DNA of 62,890 nt, the filler included, from Welwitschia mirabilis (Eukaryota): the NCBI GenBank assembly GCA_051453625.1. It is 9 parts of one record of this genome, joined end to end, with 100 filler letters (N's around TTAATTAATTAA, not from the genome) between each part and the next. Parts side by side here need not be neighbours in the genome. Positions count along the whole stretch, not along the records: positions 1 to 22,999 come from JBOZIK010000001.1; positions 23,100 to 36,104 come from JBOZIK010000001.1; 7 more parts are not named here. One strand, given 5' to 3'. A model generated the notes under the pieces. It was not told the origin of the DNA and searched no databases. It saw only the letters and a program-made list of their open reading frames with translations. Below are positions 12,634 to 23,295 of the stretch, piece by piece. Both the position numbers and the translations under genes were made by a program. How positions within the stretch are numbered: the stretch's first letter is position 1; the number at the start of each line of letters is the position of its first letter.

Positions 12634-13558
12634 CACACCTAAATGAATAATTGAATAATGCCTAAGGCCTTATAGTATGATAATCAAATCACCTAAATAT
12701 TAACCAATGATCTCTCACATAGAAAATACTTGATTCATTAGTTGAATAATCCCAACATTGAAACAATAAATTTGTAGCATTTTTAAGCAAGAATAACATA
12801 TATTAGTAATTTATTTTATTCTTGTTAATAATATAGTTTTTAATATTAAATTTTAATTTAAAAATTTGTTTCTAAAGTAGTACGATATTAAAGGGTGTAC
12901 TCTTTAAAAGCTTTATCATTATCCTTATATTTCATAACCAATCTTCTGTATGGATAAATCCAACATTGAAACTCTCATGTAACACATGTAAAACTAAGCT
13001 CTTATATCATATCTTGTGACATAATAGAGTGTACCTTAAAAGATATTGACATCCTTTTTTGAAAAGATGAGCCTAGAAATAAAAGTATTCTTATAAGTTT
13101 TCAACAAACCTTTCCATGTATAATTTAAAAGCCACATCACAAATTTATTCAAATGAGTGATGTCAATGTTATAATTATCACAAAAGTTATAAAGGATATT
13201 ATGTCCATATACTTAATTAAATTTGCTCTTGTTTATTAGAATATGTGTATACTAACTGTTAAATTAAATTTTATATTAGTAGCTTTTATATTTATTAAAT
13301 GTTTTAATATGAAATACATAAAACAACCATCAATACTACAAGTTCTAAATATTAATATGGCAATGCAAGGTTAACACACGCCTAGGAATAAGCTTCAAAT
13401 TTTTAGATAAGAATTACAAGTGAGGCTAGCTCCTATACTAATAAGGATCATGGATGAACTTTAATTCAAAATTTAACATAATTTTACATATATTAACTAC
13501 TCTAGAAAATCAATATTTTATGGAAAAAATATTAGAGATGAATACCAATAAAGATACT

Positions 13559-13880
13559 ATTTTATTTACTTATTTATTTATTTTGGGTATAAAATAAAAT
13601 ATCTCATCACCAAAATCTCTAATGGAAGACTTGAATATTTACTAATATGTCCTAGCTACCACTATTTAGACATGTTGCTTCATCCATTATCGATCAAAGA
13701 TTTTACATATTACCCACTAAGTCGCATGTAGATCCTTCTTCACGTTAACATGTTAGTGTGAAGTAGTATCCTAGCCTTAGAGGAGACAATTATAGTACTA
13801 CACCTCAGTTATAGGTTATGGCTTGAACTTGTGACATAGTTGAAGCTAGATCAAGTGTCTGACTAATACGTTCTACTTCA
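13559..13880 (-). mobile_element. Possible decayed tRNA-derived SINE
   Basis: Minus-strand B-box-like AAGTTCAAGCC (13820-13830), a weak A-box ~40 nt upstream, and an (AAAT)n-like tail at 13559-13584. The segment is absent from the paralogous repeat copy at ~15670. Confidence 0.35.
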
Positions 13881-14558
13881 TTTGAAAGATCTTAATATTT
13901 TTAAAATTACATTATATAAAGCTACAACGTATACCTAATAAGTTATAAATTTTGATAAGTATGGAGCCTCTAATATCACATGATCCGATGCTACTCAAAT
14001 TAAGAATAGTGATTACAAAAGTAATTTTCAAAAACATTATTCTCAAAATATTACATAATTTAAAACAAGGGATATGATCAACAATTTTTAATAATAGTCC
14101 TAATGGAGGACATTGTAAACCTAGGGTTCTTAGGTTCAAAGCTCCACATTAATGAGGAGAAAAAATTTATAGTTAAATCCTGTGTTAGCAAGAGTTCATT
14201 GGCATGCATGAGTCCAAGAGTCACTTGCATCATGCAACACACAAATTAACCTCCCTATCTATACACTTAAAAAAAATAATTTTCAATAATAGATGGGTTA
14301 ATTTTTTATTAGTTTGGATGAAAGAGTATCATATAATTATTATATGGTTTTATCTTTAGGAAGTGGATTTATGGAAAGCATGGAACACATTATTTCACTA
14401 GTTTAATTATCTAAATAAATCCTCATGATGACCTTAAAAGCTTGAGAGTTTACCACCAAATCTTTAGGATTGTCTTGTAAATTATTATCAAAGTCTTAAC
14501 TATTAAATGCCTATATTTTAAGTTATGATTCAATACTAAGAGGTTATATTTGCTACAC

Positions 14559-14559
<1 letters not shown>

Positions 14560-14631
<72 letters not shown>

Positions 14632-15033
14632 NNNNNNNNNNNNNNNNNNNNNNNNNNNNNNNNNNNNNNNNNNNNNNNNNNNNNNNNNNNNNNNNNNNNN
14701 NNNNNNNNNNNNNNNNNNNNNNNNNNNNNNNNNNNNNNNNNNNNNNNNNNNNNNNNNNNNNNNNNNNNNNNNNNNNNNNNNNNNNNNNNNNNNNNNNNNN
14801 NNNNNNNNNNNNNNNNNNNNNNNNNNNNNNNNNNNNNNNNNNNNNNNNNNNNNNNNNNNNNNNNNNNNNNNNNNNNNNNNNNNNNNNNNNNNNNNNNNNN
14901 NNNNNNNNNNNNNNNNNNNNNNNNNNNNNNNNNNNNNNNNNNNNNNNNNNNNNNNNNNNNNNNNNNNNNNNNNNNNNNNNNNNNNNNNNNNNNNNNNNNN
15001 NNNNNNNNNNNNNNNNNNNNNNNNNNNNNNNNN

Positions 15034-15102
<69 letters not shown>
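14560..15102. repeat. (TG)n microsatellite spanning an N gap
   Basis: Perfect TG runs at 14560-14631 and 15034-15102 on both sides of the gap. Confidence 0.97.
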
Positions 15103-15107
<5 letters not shown>

Positions 15108-16949
15108 ATGTTTACATTAATGAGTCCTCTTGTAGCTTTGTAGACCTATGGATAGGTAGACTAAAGTTATTAAGATAGTTTTCTTGAAAACATAAAAGGA
15201 AATAATAGTATTGTTATAAATTTGTAACTAACATTTTCATGTGTAATTTAAAAGATCATGTTAAAAACGTTATTCAACTGAATGATACCAATGTTATAAT
15301 AATAGCAAAATTTATAAAGGATATTATATTCATGTACTTAATTGAAGCTACACTTGTTAACTAGAATATGTGGATATTAATCATAAAATTAAATCTTATG
15401 ATGAGTAGATTTTATGTTTATTAAATGTTTTAATATGAAATACATAATATGATTGTTAATACCAAAAGTTCTAATATTACTGTGACAATGATAATTTAAT
15501 GCATACTTAGGCACAACCTTTAAATTTTTAAGTAAGTATTACAAGTAAGATCTAATATTTAAGGGCTTTATTCTATACTAACGAGGATCACTGATGGGCT
15601 TCATTTCAAATTCTAGCATGATTTTCCATAAGTTAATATCTTTAAAAAATTAACATTATACACAAAAAAAAAGTAAATATCTTAACATTTTTAAAAGCAC
15701 ACTACGAAATACCAAAATATAAACAAAATGAGTTAAAATTTTGGACAAAGAATGGAACCTCCAATAACACATGATATATTACTTCTCAAGTTAAGAAAAA
15801 TGTATACGAAAGTGATTTTAAAAAACATCATACTTATAATCTTACATAATTTAGATAAGGAATTTTATCAATGATTTTCAATAATAATTGGATCAAATTA
15901 TTATATTTTGATAAAAGATTAATTGTATAATTATTGTGTTTTTAATCTTTGCATTGTTAATTTATGTGAAAAGTATAACACATAGGTTTTCTACTTTGAT
16001 TATCATTGAAATATTTGTTACTAAAAGTTTATATTTTAACTTATGATTCACAATCCAAGTCTTATATCAAATTGAGATAGAAAGAAATTACAAATACTAG
16101 AATACCTCAATTAGTTGACTGTATGGTTGTTAACTATAAGGTTAAAATGTTCAAGCCTTTTTTCTTGTAATCATAATCTATTTTAATTGAATTTGTTTAA
16201 CATTAACACTGTGATTTAATTTATGTAACTATTTACTCATTAAAAGAAAATGAAAATTATTTAAACATTTACATTTTATTTTAATTATATAATGTTATTA
16301 AGAAAAGATAATAATACAAGTATCTTTTTTCATTTTTATGGTAATTCTAAGATAAATTACATAAAACTATAGTTGATGAAAATAACCTTAGTGTTTTTGT
16401 CTAATATAATGATAATAAATTTATGGGGGAATTTTAAACTCAAAAATTTTATGACCACGATCACATAAATAAATGATCTAATTATTGAAGTTCAAGGTTT
16501 TCAAGATTTCAAAGTGGACATGAAAGAGTTCACTAAATCATGAAAATATTGATATTATACTAGAATTTTAACATGAAAACTTGTATTTAAAGAAAGAATA
16601 TTTTAAACAGAACCTAAGAGATTAAAAAACTACATGATACCCATTTATGCTTCACAATAATAACCATTCAGATCTAAAATACAATTTTATTCATAATTCA
16701 AATAGAAACTTTGACATTGATTTTGAGCTTCTACAAATCATATCTATTCCAAATGTTTAACTAAGACAAGGCAAAGATTATGTAGATATTAATGAGATTG
16801 AAACGATTTAAGCCAAACCCAAACTAAAGTGCATCTTAATTGGTAAATGTAGTTAAACATTTTGAATATGCTCATTAGTATTCAAAAAATACAAAAATGT
16901 ACATCTTAATTTCAAAAGTACATAGAAATATTAGTATTAAGAGAGAATG

Positions 16950-17327
16950 AGAGATGGCCAAGGGTTTTAATAATAAATAAAAATGAGAAATAAAGGATTC
17001 ATGTTGAGTGCTAAGGCCTTCTTAATATGAACACCCCATTTTGGGATTGCTTTCCACCCTTCGATTTTGTTAAATCTTGGAGGATTGCACTACAAAAATG
17101 ATGCACTAATGTTTTATGATAGTTGACAAGCCTTATCCAATAAAATATAAAGCCATTAGACTCGTCTCTTATGAGCATTTCATTAAATGAGAAGAAAGAC
17201 CCTCAAGTGAGGATGAAATTCATGGAGCTTAAGAGACACTGATCTTTTTTGAAAAAGGATCTTAAATCATTTGAAAGCTTAAATATTTGGTGATCTATCC
17301 TAAGAGGCAAATTCTATGAGATGTAAA
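16950..17327 (-). pseudogene. Possible highly decayed LINE (L1-like) RT C-terminal fragment
   Basis: Minus-strand NKIEGWKA (cf. L1 KLxGWK) with a QKISVS-like segment upstream. Heavily frameshifted. Confidence 0.3.
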
Positions 17328-18225
17328 TGATAGGATCGAGAATCCTAGAGGGAGTGTGAATAGGTTTTAAAAAAAAAAATTAAACAAAATGGACTAAATA
17401 AACTCATAATATACTAAAAGCTTTACTTAAAAATAATTTGCTAATAAATTAATGCATGTAAAGAAAAGCTAAAAGTAATCAAAGTAATGAAACTAACTGA
17501 AAGCATAAAATACTGAATAGATGTAGGCAAGATTTATAGTGGTTTAGGAAATCCCTACTCCACTTTTAATGATCATCTTATTACCAAACTTGATTCGGCT
17601 CTTTGTTACTCCTCCAGATATTCAAGGTTCACTTGTAACCTTTACAAATGGAATTTTCCAAGCTTACTCTTAACATTTAAATAGACTTTTCCATGCTCAG
17701 TCTTAACCTTTGAACAGACTTTTCAAGGCTTAATCTCAACTATTAAATGGAGTTTTGTAGGCTAAGTCTCAACCTTTCACAACGTAAGATAGTGAAGCAA
17801 TAATGCTAAGATGCACATATATCACTCGTTCTTCGATATAATGGTTTTGATGGAGCTCTTTTATTTTAGATAGTACAACAAATAAAGCACTAGATCTAAC
17901 CTTGAATGTACAAATAACACAGATGATAGATCTTCCTTAGTTAGAAGTACATATGCCAAGATTCAATAGTAAATATCACAATATTCAGTCCTTTTATCAA
18001 GATTCAAAAGATATTAAAAAGTCTGAAAAAGTAAAAAAGGATTCTTTTATCTTTTCTCTTTTGGCTATTTATATTGAAAGCCTTTAGGATTTATTACATT
18101 TGAAAATGCGCTTCCAATGGCTATAAATAGCTAAAAAACAGTTATGTAACAGATGCATAATAGATACAAAATAGATAGAAAATTTTAGTTCCATTCCAGC
18201 TGGTCGACCTCTCAAAAGTCTAGTC
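17328..18225 (-). repeat. Sirevirus (SIRE/Maximus copia) LTR copy A, interrupted by copy B
   Basis: Starts TGATAGGATCGAGAATCCTAGAGGGAGTGTGAATAGG, the reverse of the SIRE CTATTCACCCCCCTCT...CA terminus. Minus-strand TATAAATA at ~18065-18072. GGTCGACC motif at 18202. Confidence 0.8.
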
Positions 18226-19061
18226 TGATAGGATCAAGAACCCTAGAGGGAGGTGAATAGGTTCTTTAAAAAATATCCAACACAATATACAAAATGAATC
18301 CAAACTTTAAACAAAACTTGTATCCAATAATTAACTAATCCAAAATATGCATGTAAATAAGAAAATAATAGAAGTAAGGAAATAATAACTAAAAGCACAA
18401 AAATACAAAATGAATGTACACTATATTTATAGTGGTTCAAGAAACCCCCTACTTCACTTTCGATGATCAGCTTATCCCTAAGCTAGACCTCAGATCTTTA
18501 TTACTCCATCAGGTATTCTAGGTTCACCTATAACCTTTATAAATGGACTTTTTCAGGCTTAGTCTCAACCTTTAAACGGACTTTTCAAGGCTTAGTCTCA
18601 ACCTTTCATAAAGCAAAGTAGTGATGAAATGATGCTTTTAAAGCATAGATATCACTCATTTTTGAAACAACAATTTTGATGGATCTCTCCTCCTATAAAA
18701 GTAGAGAGGATGTTAATAGTAGATCTCCTTTGGTTAGAAATATGGATGCCAAGATACAAAAGTGAAAATAACCCAAATACAATGCTTAATCTTTTAGATC
18801 AAATAGATTTTTTCAAATGAAGATCATTTCCAAAAGATTCTTTAGTCATCTATGTCTTGACTATTTATAATTGAAGGCTTTTAGGTTTATTACTTTTGAA
18901 ATGCACTTCTAATAGCTATAAATGGCTAGAAAACAACTACCTAACAGCTACATAATAGATACATAATGTTTAGAAAAATTTTATTTCTGCTCCATCTAGT
19001 CGACTCCATAAAAATCCGGTCGACCTCATGTGGTGTAATGAGTTAAATAGGTCTCCCAAGT
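18226..19061 (-). repeat. Sirevirus LTR copy B
   Basis: Starts TGATAGGATCAAGAACCCTAGAGGGAGGTGAATAGG and is colinear with copy A up to the gap. Confidence 0.82.
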
Positions 19062-19161
19062 NNNNNNNNNNNNNNNNNNNNNNNNNNNNNNNNNNNNNNN
19101 NNNNNNNNNNNNNNNNNNNNNNNNNNNNNNNNNNNNNNNNNNNNNNNNNNNNNNNNNNNNN

Positions 19162-20300
19162 AGATACCACTCATTCTTATTTCAGTAGGATTGATGGAGC
19201 TCTTCTCTGTAGATGTAAAATAGATGAAGCATAGGATCTGATCTTGAATGTAGAGATGAATACAGATGATAGATCCTCCTGGTCAGAAGTATAGATGCCA
19301 AGATACAATGATGAAATATTACAATATTACAATGCTTTTTCCTTAAATCTAACAAATTAACACCATTGAAATTAGTTCTAAAAGATTCTATAGTCATCTA
19401 TCTATTGGCTATTTATATTGGAAAGATTTTAAGGTTTATTACATTTAAAACGTGCTTTCAACGGCTATAAATGGCTATAAAACAGCTAGAAAATGGCTAC
19501 CCAATGGCTACATAATGGATACATAATGACTAAAAAATTTGTGTTATGTTCTATCCAGTCGACCCCTCAAAAGTCCGACCGACCTTATCTGGTGCCGTGA
19601 CTTATATAGATCACCCAATAGAAAATTTTGGTTGCCTCAAATTCTTACAGCTTCATGTCTAGTCGACCCCATTCAGGTCCGGTTGATCCCAATCTAGTCA
19701 CTACTATAAAATCCGATCACCCGCTTAACTTGATAAAAGTCTTTCTAGTTTCTTGCATCAGGTCTAATCAACCCCTTCAGGTATCCAGTCGATCCCATAA
19801 TGATTGACTCAGGAGCATCAATTGCATAGTGCTCAAGTCTGGTCGATCCCATTATAAATTTGGTCAACCCCTTAACAATCAGTTCAAGAGTATTGTTCCT
19901 TAGTTCACAGATTCGGTTGACCCATCATAGGTCTGATTGACCCCTTATCATTTAGTTTAGGGATACTATTTATCAGGTTTTTAAATCTGATCAAACCCAT
20001 AAAGATCCGGTTGACCCCTTGTCATTTAGTTCAGAGTCACTGGTCCTCAAGGTTACAGATCTAGTCAACCTTTATGAATGTAGTTCATTTTCTGTCTGCT
20101 TCAGGTGTGGTCGACCCCTTGAAAATCCAGTCAACCCCTCAAGATGGTAAAAGAACTAACAGGTTTCTAGTGCTTAGAAATTGATGGTTTCAGTTTTATC
20201 TTTTGACTTGCAAGCAATTTACACGTTCTGCATAAGATACATAAAATTTGCTATACATAAAACATTAGTTTGACATCAATTGAAAAAACATAATCTAATA
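19162..20300 (-). repeat. Sirevirus 3' LTR copy C with an array of palindromic GGTCGACC-core motifs
   Basis: Homologous to copies A and B. Many (T)CCGGTCGACCC variants at 19555-20140. Ends CTAATA (decayed CA terminus) next to a PPT. Confidence 0.8.
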
Positions 20301-20330
20301 ATCTTCCCCTTTGACATTGATGGCAAACAA
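20301..20330 (-). other. Sirevirus PPT (second copy at ~21394-21425, multi-PPT signature)
   Basis: ATCTTCCCCTTTGACATTGATGGCAAAC and TTCTTCCCCTTTTGACATCAATGATAAAGGAG, i.e. minus-strand ...GTCAAAGGGGAAGA. Confidence 0.75.
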
Positions 20331-21492
20331 TACTTAGTTATGATAAAATAGGACTTTGNNNNNNNNNNNNNNNNNNNNNNNNNNNNNNNNNNNNNNNNNN
20401 NNNNNNNNNNNNNNNNNNNNNNNNNNNNNNNNNNNNNNNNNNNNNNNNNNNNNNNNNNNNNNNNNNNNNNNNNNNNNNNNNNNNNNNNNNNNNNNNNNNN
20501 NNNNNNNNNNNNNNNNNNNNNNNNNNNNNNNNNNNNNNNNNNNNNNNNNNNNNNNNNNNNNNNNNNNNNNNNNNNNNNNNNNNNNNNNNNNNNNNNNNNN
20601 NNNNNNNNNNNNNNNNNNNNNNNNNNNNNNNNNNNNNNNNNNNNNNNNNNNNNNNNNNNNNNNNNNNNNNNNNNNNNNNNNNNNNNNNNNNNNNNNNNNN
20701 NNNNNNNNNNNNNNNNNNNNNNNNNNNNNNNNNNNNNNNNNNNNNNNNNNNNNNNNNNNNNNNNNNNNNNNNNNNNNNNNNNNNNNNNNNNNNNNNNNNN
20801 NNNNNNNNNNNNNNNNNNNNNNNNNNNNNNNNNNNNNNNNNNNNNNNNNNNNNNNNNNNNNNNNNNNNNNNNNNNNNNNNNNNNNNNNNNNNNNNNNNNN
20901 NNNNNNNNNNNNNNNNNNNNNNNNNNNNNNNNNNNNNNNNNNNNNNNNNNNNNNNNNNNNNNNNNNNNNNNNNNNNNNNNNNNNNNNNNNNNNNNNNNNN
21001 NNNNNNNNNNNTGAAATGAAACAAATTTAATATGCACATTTGAAAGATTAAGGGCACAACTTTTATGAAAAGCATAATGTGATACCATAATGTGATTATA
21101 GAAACTATTTAACACTTTAATCAGATGTTACATATTAAAATTTATTTCCAACATTAGAAGACTTTAAACTTTTCAAGTTAAATACATATGTTACCAATAG
21201 ATAAGCATGTTAAGCATATATGATTTGTAAAAAGTGCAATAAGATTTGAGATACCAATTGAAATACAATCTTATGCAAAATAGAAAAGTAAATGTAGATT
21301 TTATTAAATATAAGCAAACATTACAAATTAGAAGTGCTTATCAAGAGCATATATCTAAAGGCATATGAAAAACATTTAACAACAAACAACTAATTCTTCC
21401 CCTTTTGACATCAATGATAAAGGAGAGAATAAAAACACAAAGCAAAACATAATCTGAAATTTCTAATCAAACTCCTCGTCTTCTCCTTTTTC

Positions 21493-22509
21493 TTATTCTT
21501 TAGAGTCTTTCTCTAAATCGTCTTCATCATCTCCTATGCATGCTAAGCTGATGACCTCTGCTAAGTTGTCAGCAATATCATAATCACCTACTATGAGTGC
21601 TTCCTTCATGTGTCTGATACGGGAATTAATTCGTCTTAGATATGAAAGGGTATCATCAAGAGAGGCTTCTTTTGAAGAGGGAGACTTTGAGGATTTCTTA
21701 GATGAGGCAAACATGTGCATACAGGATAAGGTTGCACGTCCAATGGGTGCCATAGGCTGGAGAGTCTCGAGTTTTGAATGAAAAATAACATGAAAATGGT
21801 GATACAAACTTGTGATAAGCATAAAGAAGGGTAATTCCCCAGTCCTATGATACTCTAGTTGTGAGACCATATTATTTAGTATTATAGTAGGAGTATCAAT
21901 AGAGTGATTAATTCCTACCAAATACATCAGATGAGCTCTATAACAGGAGGCCTCATCAAGATGTCTAGCTAAAAGTAAGAAGTTATAAGTAAAAATCAAG
22001 TGAAGAAAATAATATTTTAGTGTCAACAATGAAGTAAAAAGGGTGTGCTTCCAAGAATGCTCCTTACCAAAAATCTACCTAGTAATAGTAGACTTGTCTT
22101 ATATAGTGTTTCAAAGAGGCAAAAACTCTTCATAGTCACTCCTAAGAAGATCGATCAGCTCAGAAATGAGATTGGCTATTACTCTCAGCTACTTCCCCAA
22201 AACGAAGGTTTTAAGGGTTCTAGAGTCAAGATCATAAAAAGCATTATAGTAAAACATGCGAGTAAAAAGTGAATAGGCAGAGCCAGAAACATCTAAAAAG
22301 TAATCAAGATTTTGATTTCTTAGGAGTTAAATAATTTTCCTGAGCTCTCTGAGCTCTAAAGTGGTTATAGACTGCTCTTGGTACATTGGTTTCTTCTTAA
22401 ACTTCTCTGATAACTTGTCAATATCTTCCTCAGACATTCCTCAATAGAAAATAGTAGGATCCCTTAAAGGAGCTTCCTTCATTCTCCTCCTGGATGAGCT
22501 TTTAGCCAT
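21493..22509 (-). pseudogene. Sirevirus env-like extra ORF (338 codons, six in-frame stops, no frameshift)
   Basis: Manual translation from the ATG at 22509 (MAKSSSRRRMKE...) stays in frame with ORF 21493-22029. Motifs AYSLFTRMFYYN and GELPFFMLITSLYHHF resemble plant retroelement extra-ORF domains. It lies just upstream of the multi-PPT and 3' LTR. Confidence 0.75.
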
Positions 22510-22999
22510 ATCAAATACTTTACAAGCAAGAAGACTGAGAGGAAAATACTAGATCTGAGATCAAATCTCTGGATCTTGAAGAAAGAGCTCTATATCTGAG
22601 AGAGGGAGAAGGCTAGAACATAAGAAAATCAATTTAGGACCCTCTTTCTTTTATAGACTATGCAAAATAAAGTGAAATGAAGAAAGAAATTGGGTCCACC
22701 GATGGTACTTTCGCATTGTGATCCATCAGATCTGATCGACCACTCAAGATTCTGGTCGATCTGTTGAGACACGGGTCTACAATATTGAAAGGGATCCAGG
22801 TGACTGGGCTTTAAGGCTAGTCGAATGACCACATCTAATCAATCAAATCATATATCTGGTCAACCGTCCTGCAATTAGCCAAAGGACGACAAGTGAACCC
22901 CTAGTTCGTTTTTGTGATTGACAAGTAAATTCTAAAAATGGGGTGTTATATGAGAGTCTTTTAGGAGTCATTTAAATTTAGCAAGATTTAGGCTAAAAT

Positions 23000-23099
23000 N
23001 NNNNNNNNNNNNNNNNNNNNNNNNNNNNNNNNNNNNNNNNNNNTTAATTAATTAANNNNNNNNNNNNNNNNNNNNNNNNNNNNNNNNNNNNNNNNNNNN
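23000..23099. other. Assembly linker 44N-TTAATTAATTAA-44N (also 36105, 49232, 50974, 55446, 57243, 58789, 60434)
   Basis: Eight identical 100-bp cassettes. The 12-mer gives stop codons in all six frames, as used in artificial contig spacers. Confidence 0.95.
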
Positions 23100-23295
23100 A
23101 ATAGATGGGAGGGATGAATGATTGGCAAGTTTTATTAAATTATGGAATAGTCAAAGGGGTTTATGATGAGGTTTAAGATGATGGTGGGTTTATTCAATGT
23201 TGAGGGTGCTTTATTCAATGTTAAGGGTGGTATTTAGGGTTTTCTAAATGAAAAGGCTTAAGACAATGATTGTACACATGGTAATGCTTAGATGA

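Larger units (their letters stand above)
13075..15890. repeat. Diverged direct repeat pair (13075-14100 vs 15195-15890) flanking a TG microsatellite
   Basis: Colinear shared blocks such as CAATGTTATAAT, ATAAAGGATATTAT, TTTATTAAATGTTTTAATATGAAATACATA and AAAGTRATTTT.AAAAACAT. Copy 1 has ~350 bp extra. Confidence 0.8.

Noticed and set aside
14550..15178. CV-repeat ORFs and all long X-rich ORFs in the track
   Set aside because: They are translations of the TG microsatellite and of N gaps.
22888..22999. Possible start of another LTR (CGACAAGTGAACCCCTAG...GATTGACAAG)
   Set aside because: Only ~110 bp before a gap, no TG terminus and no second copy in the window.
23044..23055. TTAATTAATTAA recurring eight times, which could be read as a repeat array or conserved motif
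   Set aside because: Always centred in 44N+44N, so it is an artificial six-frame-stop assembly spacer.
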